From assembly GCA_951406725.2 (NCBI GenBank), contig OX597818.1, forward strand, positions 28,954,001 through 29,018,000: DNA of 64,000 nucleotides, given 5' to 3'. The translations under genes and the position numbers were made by a program. This DNA is from Octopus vulgaris (Eukaryota). The notes below the pieces were generated by a model. That model saw only the letters and a list, made by a program, of their open reading frames with translations, was not told the DNA's origin and ran no database searches. Shown here one piece after another: positions 50,617-64,000 of this stretch (its first letter is position 1; each line of letters starts with the position of its first letter).

Positions 50617-51399
50617 TTATGTATACTTAAGACTTAGTTGTGATCTGAACGTAACCACTTCTGACACAGAGAATCGGGAGCCCCTTTGGGCATTCTATTT
50701 TCCTTGCTTGAAGGGTTCCCAACCCATGGGCAAAGGAAGGGGGTTAGATGATGGGGGTGGTGTTTTTAAAGGGCTGGCATGTGCAGCCTGATCACCTCTG
50801 GCAATCTAACTCCCAATCCATGTGCTCCCGTCGCAACATTGATTCGCAGAACTGAGTTGGGTGTGAAAACCGTTTTCAAGTATAAATATTTATGTTTTTG
50901 AATCAGCAATATTGTGTTCGGTTAAGGTCTATTTAGGGTGAAAAATCAATGAACTGATTCCTTATGGGGTTTTCCACTTAATCAGGATTTTAAAAAAATC
51001 GATAAACCAATTCCTTATAGGATTTCCCAATAAAATTGGCTACACCCCATTTTCAACCATAACTTTTACCAAATTTGATGTATTTTGTTCAAACTTGATA
51101 CCAGCATTACTTAGGACTCATGGGATCTTTGAATGCTTTAAGTTCTCCAAAAAAAACAAAAAAAAAATCGATGAGTGGAAAAAAAAAGCGATAAACCGAT
51201 TCCTTATGGGATTTCCCAATCAAGTTGTCTGCAACTCATTTTCAGCCAAAAGTTTACCAATTTCAAAGATTTGCTCAAATATAACATCGATGTTACTTAG
51301 TTTGGTTTGAAATAAAGAACTTGATTAGCTTAATAATCCTAACTTAATCCTGGGCAAAGCTGGGCTACACTGCTAGTGTTAAAAAAAAATAACTTGTTT

Positions 51400-52495
51400 A
51401 CTTAAGTTTTAACATCATCTTTTTGAAATAGTCACCTTTCACAGCAATACACTGATCCCAGCATTCCTGCCACTATTGGAATCTGGCCTGGAAATCATTT
51501 TCTGTAAGCGAGTCGAGGACTTTCTGTGATTCACTCTTAGATCATGACAACAGTGTTAAAATGGCAACCTTTGAGCTGAAGTTTTACCTTGGCAAAGAGA
51601 TGGCAGTCTGCAGATGCTAAACCTGGCAAATAGGGCAAGTGTGGGAGTGATACCATGTTGTTTTTGGCAAGGAACTCAGATAGGGAGCATTGTCATCATG
51701 AAGAATCCACTTCTGTGTGCTCAATAGATCCGGTTGTTTAGCCGAATGTCCTCCCTCAAATGCTTCACAACATCACAGTAAAATTCTCCATTGACTGTCT
51801 GGCCTTGGGGGATGAATTCTTTATGCACAATACTGGTGATGTTGAAAAAACAATGAGCATGCTCTTGATTGAGCTACAGCTCTGTCATGCCTTCTTTGGT
51901 TATGGTGATGAAGGCCTCTTCCATTGGGATGAGGTTGCTTCATCTCAGGGTTGTACCCATAGACCCAACTCTTATCACCGGTGATGATCCTTGACATAAA
52001 GGCTGGGTCATCAGTGGCCTGCCAATGGAGATCTTGACAGACTTTGACATGATGTTCTTTCTGTTCAGTAGTCAGCAGGCAGGAGACAAACTTGGTAAAA
52101 GACACACCACATGTTCAATTCAGATGTTAGGATTGCCTCCATAAACCAATATGACAAACCAGCATCAGCAATGTTGTTGTCTTCAGATGATCCTCATGCA
52201 CAAGTTGATGAATTTTACAGGCAGACATTCATGGTAGGTCACCCAGATTGCTCCTGTCTTCTTAGGATGTTCTTCCACTTTTGAAGCATCCACACTACTT
52301 GAAACTTTGTATACAACTCATTGCCTCATCGCTGTAAGCTTGCCAAAGCATGATCAATGTCTCTGTAGCAGACTTCCCAAGTTTAACGCAAAATTTCACA
52401 TTGGCTCTTGGTTCCAACTTCCAGTTTATGACAAAATTGCAAACTACAGCACAAACATGATCACAAAAACACAAATTTCACAACTTGCGAAATAA
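51400..52495 (-). mobile_element. Mariner transposon relic
   Basis: TKFV..LLTTEQKEH.V..CQDL...DPAFMSRIITGDKSWVYGYNPE (TGDE.W motif). Confidence 0.88.
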
Positions 52496-53765
52496 ACACT
52501 AGCACCGCTGAGGGTAATATGCTCTGTAGATGCACAAAAGCTTTTTTCAGAGTTATTTACTTTGAATTGTTATTATCTCCTATCTGATTAGCCTGTCCTT
52601 ACATAACATGCTTCATGATTTTAGTATACATACCTTATTAGTGTTTCCTCTTAAGTTCTATATACTCTGGGAACGTATTAAAGCCATTTGGGGCTACTTT
52701 ATTTGAATTTTACTATCAAGTAATTAATTTCATGTTATTGCATAACTGACTTCACAATTTGGGATTCCTAAAAACAGAATCCGGTGTAAGACAGTTTAGT
52801 ATTCTCAATAAATGCACAAAAAACGTTTTAACGGCTACATACTTTGTATTATTGTTATTGGATTAGCGAAACAATTATGAGAATGGAACCAAGGGATAAT
52901 CCCCGATTTCCAAGGAATTACTGGGTACATCAGCTAGTACTACATATGTGGGAAATTCTGTCTGTGGGAGTGTTTGTGGAGTTGTTAGCTAACTCCTCCT
53001 ACATTAGTTTTATCAATTTTGATGAAACTTGACATGAGAGTAAAACACATGTCTGAAAACCTCATGGCACCCTCAGATTGTTGCAAAATCGATAATAGGG
53101 TCCCTGGAAGTAGATCCTTATATATATCTAATATATTCTATTTTAAAAACCAAGGGAAATAACCCATTTGCCCCTGGAAGGGATCCTTATTTAAAGCCAA
53201 GAGAAATAACCCTTCCATTTTCCTAAATTATTTAGCAAAAATGAAATTGAGTAGGTTTATTTCTTAGTATTTGAACCGACAGAGTTATTTTCGCAATTTA
53301 TCTAGTACAACCCTGAAACAAGTAAATAGTATTTTCCTATACAATAGATCTACTTAATTCAGTTAGTGAATTATTCACGAATATACCAACACTAGTGCCC
53401 CTGAGGGTAATATTCTCTGCAGACACACAGAAGCTTTTTTCAGAGTTATTTACTTTGAATTGTTATTATCTCCTATCTGATTAGCTTGTTCTTACATAAC
53501 ATGCTTCATGATTTTAATATACATACCTTATTAGTGTTTCCTCTTAAGTTCTATATACTCTGGGAATGTATTAAAGCCATTTTGGGGCTACTTTGTTTGA
53601 AATCTTACTATCAGGTAATTAATTTCATGTTATTACATAACTGACTTCACAATTTGGGAATTCATAACTTATTGGGAATTCCTAAAAACAAGATCCTGTG
53701 TAAGACTGATACTTTGTATTGTTGTTATTGGATTAGCAAAACAATTATGAGAATGGAACAGAAGG
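52495..53765 (+). repeat. Two direct ~380-400 bp repeats (52495-52890, 53388-53760) around a ~500-bp spacer
   Basis: aacactag..ctgagggtaatat..cttttttcagagttatttactttg...aacaattatgagaatggaac occurs twice. Confidence 0.9.
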
Positions 53766-53929
53766 GACAAGCCCCACTTTCCTGGGAATTACCGGTATAT
53801 AGTTGTATATATATATGAATATATATCCATATGTATTTAAAGAATGTAGTTGTGTAAAGATGGAATAATGTGAGATGCTCACCCCTTCACGGGAAGGAGT
53901 AAATTCCATACATAAAAATTCAACTACAT

Positions 53930-54960
53930 TGACAGTCACATAAATTTGAAAATGAACACCCAGACAAGTCTGGAACCTCTCTCTGCTGGATTTCCAAATC
54001 AGGATCACAGAGGATGGTTACATCCACATGAATCTTTACAAAAGAAGCAGTGACTAGGAATCTATTCATGCATTATGATTTGGCCCAGTCCACCAGAGCC
54101 AAAACTGCACACATACAAAATGAAATAACATGCATAAGGGACAGATGCAGTGAAGTAAGTGACAAAGCCATCAGCATGAAGCGGTTCCTCAGGAACTTAG
54201 CATGCAATGGCTATCCACCATCCACAGCTAAAAGGCTGCCTCTGTGAATCATGAAAGTGGGTAAACTACACAGAGAAGCCCAAACATCAGATCAGAAACG
54301 TGCTTCCTTAGACTGCCCTACTTTGATGACAGAACATCAGCAGCTATCCAACACGCCATCTGCAGGGAGAGACTTAACATACAGCTGGTACACACCAGTC
54401 TATCCCTGAAGAAAGCTCTATCAAGGAAAAATACCTAAGGGAGCACTGTGGAGTGCACACTACCAACTGCCCCATCAATGACATCAAAACATGCAGTATA
54501 TGAGGTCGTCTGCAATAAATGTGGGGCACCCTACATAGGGAGCACTACTAGGAAACTACACATTCGAATAAACAAGCAAATGCAGATAGACACTTTGATA
54601 AAGAAACCCTCAAGAAGTGCTAAACCCAGAATTTCAAAGTTTCCATCAAGGCAACACAACACAACAGGGGTAATCTCAGAATTATGGAAGCCCTCCTTAT
54701 AAATAAATTGAAACAAGCCATTAATGACAGGAAGAAACTATACAAAGCAGACTAGTTGCTATAGCAACAGCAGTCGGCACATGTCACTTCTTCCCTCCTT
54801 CACTGCCCCACCACACACACTTCTAAGCAAGAAATTTTTTTCCAGCCACCACTTTTCTGAATTTCCTGAAGAATGGGTCTTCATGTCAAAATATAGAAAT
54901 AAAAGGGAAAACTGCAACTTTGATTTTTTTCCTTTTCAATTTGTAATTTAATTTGTACCT
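53930..54960 (+). mobile_element. Penelope-like element 3' relic (RT thumb plus GIY-YIG)
   Basis: LACNGYP, LPYFDD, HAVYEVVCNKCGAPYIGSTTRKLHIRI. Confidence 0.8.
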
Positions 54961-55039
54961 TCTTGCATTGTTCTGGCTTTACACAACTACATTCTTTAAA
55001 TCATACCTCAAAGTGCTTCACAAAATCTACCTCATTTTA

Positions 55040-55197
55040 ACACACACACATATATACATATATATGACAGGCTTCTTTCAGTTTCTATCTATGTCGGTCC
55101 GAGGCTATAGTAGAAGACACTTACCCAAGGTACCACGCAGTGGGTCTGAACCCGGAACCAGGTGGTTCGAAAACAAGCTACTTACCACACAGCCACG

Positions 55198-55199
<2 letters not shown>
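55040..55199 (-). mobile_element. SINE family A 5' half
   Basis: Reverse complement of gtggctgtgtggtaagtagcttg..gggttcagacccactgcgtgg. Confidence 0.85.
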
Positions 55200-55247
<48 letters not shown>

Positions 55248-55260
55248 TATATACGCACAC

Positions 55261-55327
<67 letters not shown>

Positions 55328-55379
55328 ATATATATATATATATATACGCACACATATGTATATATATATATATATAGAG

Positions 55380-58175
55380 AGAGGGCCATTATGAACAGCA
55401 GTGGTCCCAAAACAGTGCCTTGCGGAACACCGTTCACTATTTGCATGTCATTGGAGGTAGCCCCATTGGCTACTACAACCTGACTTCTATCCTTCAGAAA
55501 GTCATGAAGCCATTCTCCCACTTTTCCAACTATGCCAAGATCACGCAGTTTGTGACATATCATTCCATGATCGATTTTATCAAAGGCCTTGGCAAAGTCG
55601 AGATATATCACTTCCACATTTGAGTGGTTGAGCAGTTGTTTCAGCACCCAGTCATAGTGTTATAAGAGCTCAGTTAGGCAGCTTCTTCCTGGTTGGAAAC
55701 CATGTTGGGTATCAGGCAGCAAGTCATTTTCTTCAAGGAAGGCAATAATTTTCCTTCTGACTATCCGTTCCATGTCCTTGCTGATGTGTGAGGTCAGAGA
55801 GATAGGTCTGTAGTTCTTGGCCTCTCCTCTGCTACCTCCTTTATGAATAGGGCATATTTTACCCTCCTTCAATTTTCTTGGAAGTTTGCCAGTTGCAAGG
55901 AAGCTCTGAAAGAGGAACTGCAGTGGTCTTGCTAGGACTTGCTTACATACTTTTAGAAGGATTGCTGGGAATCCATCAGGGCCAGTAGCTGAGTTTGGGT
56001 TCATTTCATCTAAAGCCCTTATTACAACGTCTTCCTTTATATTGATGTAATCAATCATCATTGCCTCTGTTTTTATATCTGATGTAGTAAAGAAGTCAGT
56101 TGGATTGCTAACTTGAAAGTGCCCTAGGGGTGGAGTGAAAATACTTTTGAATTGCTCATTTAGTATTTCACTTATCCTCATTGGATTTCCTGTGAGTGTA
56201 CCATCTTTTTTAAGGAGTAGCCATATCCTGCAGTGCACCGTAGCTGTTTCTTTGGCAAATTTGTAGAAAATTCTGGGGTTAGATTTTATATTGTCTATAG
56301 CCCAGGCTTATTTGTCTGCTCCTTCTTTTTCATGGAAGAGTTGCAGACATTTTTCAATTTCCAGCAGTTTTATTTTCAGGTGGGACTTTTCACTGCTTTC
56401 AATTTGTTTGTTTAGGCGATTTGAAACTTTTGTACACCGTCTGTTAAGAATTTTCCTTACTCTGGGGATTTTGTTCTTGTGTACAGTGGCCTTTCTCTCT
56501 GGGACACATTTGTAGCATATGGCTTGCATTACAGACATGAATTGTTGAAGTTTCATGTCGATGTCTGGTGAGGAGAGACATTTAGGCCAGTTTTGTTTGA
56601 GGATCTCTTTCTCAATTTGTTTCCAGTTTGCTTTATGGAAGTTCAAGCTGGAAAGATTCTGAGAGTTTCTTGTAGGCTGCATGTCCATGCTTTCCTTTGG
56701 CCCGCACATGGTCAGCTCTACCATGCTGTGATCCGAGAGTAGCGTCGGTGTCACTTTCACATTAAGGATGAGATCCATATTATTTGTGAAGCAGAGATCC
56801 AGTATGTTACCTGCTCTGGTTGGTTGGAGTATTATTTGCTCCATGTATAGAGTGTTGATGAGGTTCAGGAGGGACCTCACCTGTCCTCGTTCGCATCATT
56901 TCATTCCTGGAAGAGAAAAGCCCTTGGGCCATCTGACATTGGGCAGATTGAAGTCTCCCATAAGAAGTATACTTATGTGTTGTTCTAATGTGACTAGAAC
57001 TTCTATTTTTGTAAGGCAGTCTTCAAACTTGCCTACATGGCTTGGAACATCTGGAGGGCAATATGTAGCACATATAACTACACTGAGTTGCCTTATACAT
57101 ACAATTAGTGTGTCACACACCAAATTTGAATATGACAAAAGGACCTGGGGTGTGATGTCCTCGCGGATGTACATAGCAACTCCACCATGACTCCTTTCTT
57201 TTCCATCGGTCCGTAATACATCATACTGTGGTATGTGTATTTCTGCATCTGCTATATCTGGTTTCAGGTGTGTTTCCGTAAGTGCTATGCACAAGGCTTG
57301 ATTGCATGCAACAAAGTCTCTCAAGAAAGGGATTTTTGTCCTGTTACTGAGTGTTAGCAGACCTCTGATGTTCAGTAGGAGCATCGAGGTGATGTGTGTG
57401 TTGTTGCCAGTGGTGTCCACCTTGGGTCTATTTGCTGTGGTGGTCTTGTGTATTGTGGATAGTCCCATCCGTGAGTTTGAGTTTGATGGAGCCAGGTTAG
57501 CTGCAGTACAATCTTTTGTGCCATACACAAAAATGATTCTTGTTCAGCAGATGCCCTTTTAATAACATGCTGATGGTTTGTAACACGCACTACATCTGCG
57601 TACCTCCATTTTGGGGCAGGTGGTGCGTAGTCCTTTCCTTTTCCTTTTGGCAGGTGGTTTCCGCCCTGTTTCATGTTTATGTGTCAGGGTCTTTGGTGTG
57701 CAAAACGGCAGCCTACACCTTCCTCTCTATGCCAGCAGACACCTTTCAGGTAGAATTTACACATTCGTGTGTGCTGTCTCTTTCTATCCTTTTTGGTATA
57801 TGGATAGTCAGGTATGCTTCTTTCCTTGGCTGTTACATCTTTTGTTTTTCTTTTACTTCTTTTTTGGCTCTTTCCTCTCCATGGTTTTGCCTGTTGATGC
57901 TGGTAGGGGTACTTGCATTTGGGTTTACTTCCAGGGCAGGTTTCTCACTTGAATCTTCTTTGTTGTCCTGGGTGTCTACCAAGTGGGGGTGACATCTTTC
58001 ATCTGCATCCATGCCTCCATCCTTGTCATCTTTGGTTTGTTCATTGTCAAAGATGGCGTCAAGAGTGCTGATATGGGATCTTATGAGTGTATAGGAGCGT
58101 ATAAACTCCTGCTTCTTTCACTCTATCTGTGCTAACGTCCTACTGTAACCATTGCTCTTCAGCGTAGCTGTAATT
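55380..58175 (-). mobile_element. CR1-group LINE copy with ORF1 remnant, EN and partial RT; 3' ~1 kb missing
   Basis: [49 protein letters not shown]; ends in (TA)n before YADD; in-frame stops. Confidence 0.93.
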
Positions 58176-58188
58176 ATATAATATATAT

Positions 58189-58239
<51 letters not shown>

Positions 58240-58467
58240 TACATATAAATATACATATATGTATATACATATATATATACATATATACATATACATATAT
58301 ATATATATACATATATACACACACATAATATATATATATACTTATATACACACACATATATATATATATACTTATATACACACACATATATATATACATA
58401 TATACACACACATATATATACATATATACACACATACATATATATATATATACATATATATACACAC

Positions 58468-58530
<63 letters not shown>

Positions 58531-58538
58531 CATATATA
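58176..58538. repeat. Compound (TA/CA)n microsatellite
   Basis: Direct reading. Confidence 0.95.
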
Positions 58539-59360
58539 TCTGACTGAAGATTGAAGGCTTCGAATGATTTGTCTGTGTTCCGTGTTCGTCCCTTCCTGTA
58601 TTTCACGTTCATTATATATAAAAACATTCATTCTTATATTATTGCGGCGTTACGTGCACCCCCCCCCCGTTTGTTTGTCCAATTTTAAACCCTGCACGAC
58701 TTCTATACACACTGTCTTTCCTACCCGCCATTGCTTCTTCACCAAACTTTTTGGCGCCCTCCGATTCTTCCCCTCTCTTCCTCCCATCCTCCTCCCCTCT
58801 TCCTCCCATCCTCCTTAATCCCTTCTTTCTCCTTTTCTCTTGGTCACTGATTCTGTCCCCTGCCTTCCACCCTCTTTGATTCCCTCTCTCTCTGTCTCTC
58901 TTTCTCTCTCTCTCCTGCAACCTGCTGCTTCTTAAACCATTCTGTTGGCCATCGTATCTCGACCAACATGTGTCCCCGCTACCGAAACGGTAATTATTTC
59001 TACGCCAGCTATGTTGTTGTTGTTTTTGTCTCATTTGGTCTAAAGTCGTATGACAACCACTGTTATATATATTTTGTTTTTTCATTACTGTTTTCAATTT
59101 CGTTTTCGTCTCTTGTATTTACATCCGTCTTGTGCGTTCACATTCCTGTCTTCTACCAAGAAATCTAATGCTTACAGCTTAGTTTTTTTTCTTAGGGCTG
59201 GCCGAGTTGGAGCAAATATCAGAATTGAACAGCGGAAATTTGCTATGATGATTCGGTGTCTGACTGAAGATTGAAGGCTTCGAATGATTTGTCTGTGTTC
59301 CGTGTTCGTCCCTTCCTGTATTTCACGTTCATTATATATAAAAACATTCATTCTTATATA
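58539..59360 (+). repeat. Element bounded by ~100-bp direct repeats
   Basis: tctgactgaagattgaaggcttcg...aaaacattcattcttatat at 58539 and 59259; pyrimidine-rich interior; a pLTR-like layout is inferred. Confidence 0.75.
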
Positions 59361-59395
59361 TATACATATATACACACACACATATTTATATCTAT

Positions 59396-59507
59396 AAGAC
59401 TGGAGCCTGGTGCAGCCTTCTGGCTTCCCAGATCCCCAGTCGAACCGTCCAACCCATGCTAGCATGGAGAACGGACGTTAAACGACAATGATGATGATGA
59501 TGATGAT
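59396..59507 (+). mobile_element. RTE tail-only fragment
   Basis: gactggagcctggtgcagcc...ccatgctagcatgg...(GAT)n. Confidence 0.85.
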
Positions 59508-59514
59508 ATATATA

Positions 59515-61103
<1,589 letters not shown>

Positions 61104-64000
61104 GATTGATTGATTGATTGATTGATTGATTCTAGTTTCAGCTTATGAGCTGTGGCCATGCTGGGGCACCGCCATTTGGTGTCGCTACTTGGTTTCACTT
61201 CATGGAGGCTTTCTAGCAACTGCTATTTGGTGCATGAGAGAGTTCGATGCAGCTGCCCTCATCTGCCCCTCCTGCCGTGAAGTTGGTTCATCTGGGACAC
61301 CTGACAGGAAGAGATCCAGCTTCATTTTAAAGACATCTGTATCCACCCCATGCAGGTCTCTCAGGTTCTTCGGGAGGATATTGAAGAGCTGTGGGCCTCG
61401 GAAGCCCAGGCTATCACAGAATCTTGTCCTACATCTTGATGGCAGGTTTGGAGTCCTAGGCACCACGCAGTGGCGCCCAGTTCTGGCGTTTGCGTAACTC
61501 TCGATGCCAAAGTTCAGGACACTTCCCTCCAGGATCTTCCAGATGTATATTATGGCATATCTTTCCTGCCTACGCTCCAGGGAATATAATTTTAATCTCT
61601 TGAGTCTTTCCCAGTAGCTTACATTCTGCATAGAGGCTATCTTCTTTGTGTAGCTTCGTTGGATCGCCTCAAGTTCTGTGATCAACTTGACACTGGATGG
61701 TGACCATAGCTGAGAGCAATAGTCAAAGTGGCTTAGGACAAGTGTCTTCCAGAGGACCATCATGGTTTCTTGTTCTCTTGTTCTAAAGGTTCTAAGAATC
61801 CATCCAGCCAGCCGTCTACATTTCATTGTCAGTTTAGCAACATGTACATGAAAGGTCGCGTCATCACTCATGTGAATACCCAGGTCACGCACTGATTGTG
61901 CCTCTGGGATTGCAATCCCTCCGGGTCCAGTGTATTCATTGGGTATTGCATTCAGTTTTGCATGCTGATAGTATAAAGCTTGAAACTTTCCAGCATTGAA
62001 CTGCATGCTATTCTTTTCAGCCCACTTGTATATTTCGTCCAGCTCACATTGCAGGTGTTTAGTGTCCTCAGGGTTCTGTATTGCCTGTGAAACTTTTGTA
62101 TCATCTGCATAACTTGTGATCGTGGCTCTCTGCGTGGCTGAGGGCATGTCTGAGAGGGCCATTATGAACAGTAGTGGTCCCAGAACAGTGCCCTGCGGAA
62201 CACCGCTCACTATTTGTGTGTTAATGGAGGTGGCCCCATTGGCTACTACCACCTGATTTCTATCCTTCAGAAAGTCATGAAGCCATTCTCCCAGTTTTCC
62301 AACTATGTTGAGATCACGCAGTTTGTGACATATCATTCCATGATCGACTTTATCAAAGGCCTTTGCAAAGTCGAGATATATCACTTCCACATTTGAGTGG
62401 TTGAGCAGCCGTTTCAGCACCCAGTCATAGTGTTGTAGGAGCTGAGTTAAACAGCTTCTCCCTGGTCGGAAACCATGTTGGGTGTCGGGCAGCAAGTCAT
62501 TCTCTTCAAGGAAGGTGATCAGCTTCCTTCTGACTATTCGTTCCATGACCTTGCTGATGTGTGAGGTCAGAGAGATAGGTCTATAGTTCTTGGCTTCCGC
62601 TCTGCTACCTCCTTTATGAATGGGGCATATTTTACCTTCCTTCAGTTTTCCTGGAAGTTTGCCAGCTGCAAGGAAGCTCTGAAAGAGGAACTGCAGTGGT
62701 CCTGCTAGGACTCTCTTACATGCTTTTAGGAGGATTGCCGGGAATCCATCGGGGCCAGTAGCTGAGTCTGTTTTCATTTCATCTATAGCCTTGGTTACAT
62801 CGTCTTCCTTTATATCGATGTAATCTATCGTCGCCGCCTCTGATTTTATATCTGCAGTGGTAAAAAAGTCAGTTGGATTGGTGATTTGGAGATGCCCAAG
62901 GGGTGGAGTGAAAACACTCTTGAATTGCTCATTCAGTATTTCACTTACCCTCATTGGTTTTCCTGTAAGTGTGCCATCCTTTTCGAGGAGTGGCCCTATT
63001 CTACAGTGCACTGTAGCTGTTTCTTTGGCATACCTGTAGAAAGCTCTGGGGTTAGATTTTATGTTTTCTATAGCCCAGGCTTCTTTGTCTGCTCTTTCTT
63101 TTTCATGGGAGAGTTGCAGACATTTTTCGATTTCCAACAGTTTTATTTTTAGGCGGGACTTTTCACTGCTTTCAATCTGTTTGTTTAGGCGATTTGAAAA
63201 TTTCGTACGCCGTCTCATTAAAATTTTCCTCTCTCTGGGGATTTTGTTCTTGTGTACAGTGGCCTTTCTCTCTGGGACACATTTGTAGCATATGGCTTGC
63301 ATTACAGACATGAATTGTTGGAGTTTCACGTCGATGTCTGGCGAGGAGAGACATTTAGGCCAGTTTTGTTTGAGGATCTCTTTCTCAATTTGTTTCCAGT
63401 TTGCCTTATGGTAGTTCAAGCTGGAAAGATTTTGAGGGTTTCTTGTAGGCTGCATGTCCGTGCTCTCTTTTGGCCCGTACATGGTCAGCTCTATCATGTT
63501 GTGATCCGAGAGTAGTGTCGGTGTCACTTTCACATTATGGATGAGATCCATGTCATTTGTGAAGCAGAGATCCAGTGTGTTACCTGCCCTGGTTGGTTGG
63601 AGTATTACCTGCTCCATGTACAGGGTGTTGATGAGGTTCAGGAGGGACCTCGCCTGTCCTCGTTCACATCTTGTCATTCCTGGGAGAGAAAGGCCCTCGG
63701 GCCATCTGACATTGGGCAGATTGAAGTCTCCCATAAGAAGCACACCTATGTGTTGTTCTAATGTGGTTAGAATTTCTTCTATTTTTATAAGGCAGTCTTC
63801 AAACTTGCCCACATGGCTTGGGGCATCTGGAGGGCGATATGTAGCACACACAACTACATCAAGTTGCTTAATATGTACAATTAGTGTGTCACACACCGAG
63901 TTTGAGTATGACAAGAGGACCTGGGGTGTGAGGTCCTCACGGATGTACATAGCAACACCTCCATGACTCCTTTCTTTCCTGTCGGTCCGTAGTACAGCAT
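61104..64000 (-). mobile_element. Young CR1-group LINE, continuing beyond the window
   Basis: Intact ORF2, short 3' UTR, (AATC)n tail. Confidence 0.95.
61200..64000 (-). CDS. LINE ORF2: APE endonuclease plus reverse transcriptase (916 aa from the internal Met; frame open to the window edge)
   Basis: [67 protein letters not shown]. Confidence 0.95.
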   Translation of the reverse strand, partial: AVLRTDRKERSHGGVAMYIREDLTPQVLLSYSNSVCDTLIVHIKQLDVVVCATYRPPDAPSHVGKFEDCLIKIEEILTTLEQHIGVLLMGDFNLPNVRWPEGLSLPGMTRCERGQARSLLNLINTLYMEQVILQPTRAGNTLDLCFTNDMDLIHNVKVTPTLLSDHNMIELTMYGPKESTDMQPTRNPQNLSSLNYHKANWKQIEKEILKQNWPKCLSSPDIDVKLQQFMSVMQAICYKCVPERKATVHKNKIPRERKILMRRRTKFSNRLNKQIESSEKSRLKIKLLEIEKCLQLSHEKERADKEAWAIENIKSNPRAFYRYAKETATVHCRIGPLLEKDGTLTGKPMRVSEILNEQFKSVFTPPLGHLQITNPTDFFTTADIKSEAATIDYIDIKEDDVTKAIDEMKTDSATGPDGFPAILLKACKRVLAGPLQFLFQSFLAAGKLPGKLKEGKICPIHKGGSRAEAKNYRPISLTSHISKVMERIVRRKLITFLEENDLLPDTQHGFRPGRSCLTQLLQHYDWVLKRLLNHSNVEVIYLDFAKAFDKVDHGMICHKLRDLNIVGKLGEWLHDFLKDRNQVVVANGATSINTQIVSGVPQGTVLGPLLFIMALSDMPSATQRATITSYADDTKVSQAIQNPEDTKHLQCELDEIYKWAEKNSMQFNAGKFQALYYQHAKLNAIPNEYTGPGGIAIPEAQSVRDLGIHMSDDATFHVHVAKLTMKCRRLAGWILRTFRTREQETMMVLWKTLVLSHFDYCSQLWSPSSVKLITELEAIQRSYTKKIASMQNVSYWERLKRLKLYSLERRQERYAIIYIWKILEGSVLNFGIESYANARTGRHCVVPRTPNLPSRCRTRFCDSLGFRGPQLFNILPKNLRDLHGVDTDVFKMKLDLFLSGVPDEPTSRQEGQMRAAASNSLMHQIAVARKPP

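Larger units (their letters stand above)
49294..51376 (+). mobile_element. Non-autonomous Helitron
   Basis: A|TCTGTATATATATAAAAGGC 5' end; 3' GC-rich cctgggcaaagctggg followed by CTAG|T; inserted between A and T with no TSD. Contains a tandem duplication and a nested fold-back element. Confidence 0.6.

Noticed and set aside
52495-53765. LTR retrotransposon or TRIM
   Set aside because: No TG..CA termini, PBS, PPT or TSD recognisable.
54861-54900. Hammerhead after the third PLE (atttc-CTGAAGA...cAAAA-tata-gaaat)
   Set aside because: GAAA is mutated, stem II is poor and stem III is too short; at best a decayed relic.

Overview
A repeat-saturated, AT-rich animal genomic window. The SINE and LINE families and the (TA)n/(CA)n microsatellite load point to an octopus/coleoid cephalopod; that is an inference, not a database match. 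Almost all of it is mobile DNA. It holds about 9 decayed copies of one RTE-clade LINE family, which has a PHD-like finger inside the RT region and a tandem ~62-bp array in its 3' UTR. It also holds BovB-type RTEs, CR1-group LINEs (one with an intact >916-aa EN-RT ORF running off the right edge), three Penelope-like (GIY-YIG) relics, an L1/Tx1 3' end, mariner/Tc1 relics, a MITE, a Helitron, a Helentron derivative and three tRNA-SINE families. The only plausible host coding sequence is one phase-1/phase-1 Ig-domain exon (48208-48480, minus strand). The most notable features the ORF track does not show are: (1) three minimal type-I hammerhead ribozyme motifs, one with a swapped G3-C8 core; (2) a 3'-terminal motif with a covarying stem-loop shared by SINEs and different CR1 families; (3) a CCCH zinc finger in a CR1 ORF1; (4) several fold-back inverted repeats sitting in (TA)n tracts. 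Boundaries of decayed elements are approximate and were read by eye. Family names come from motif recognition only.
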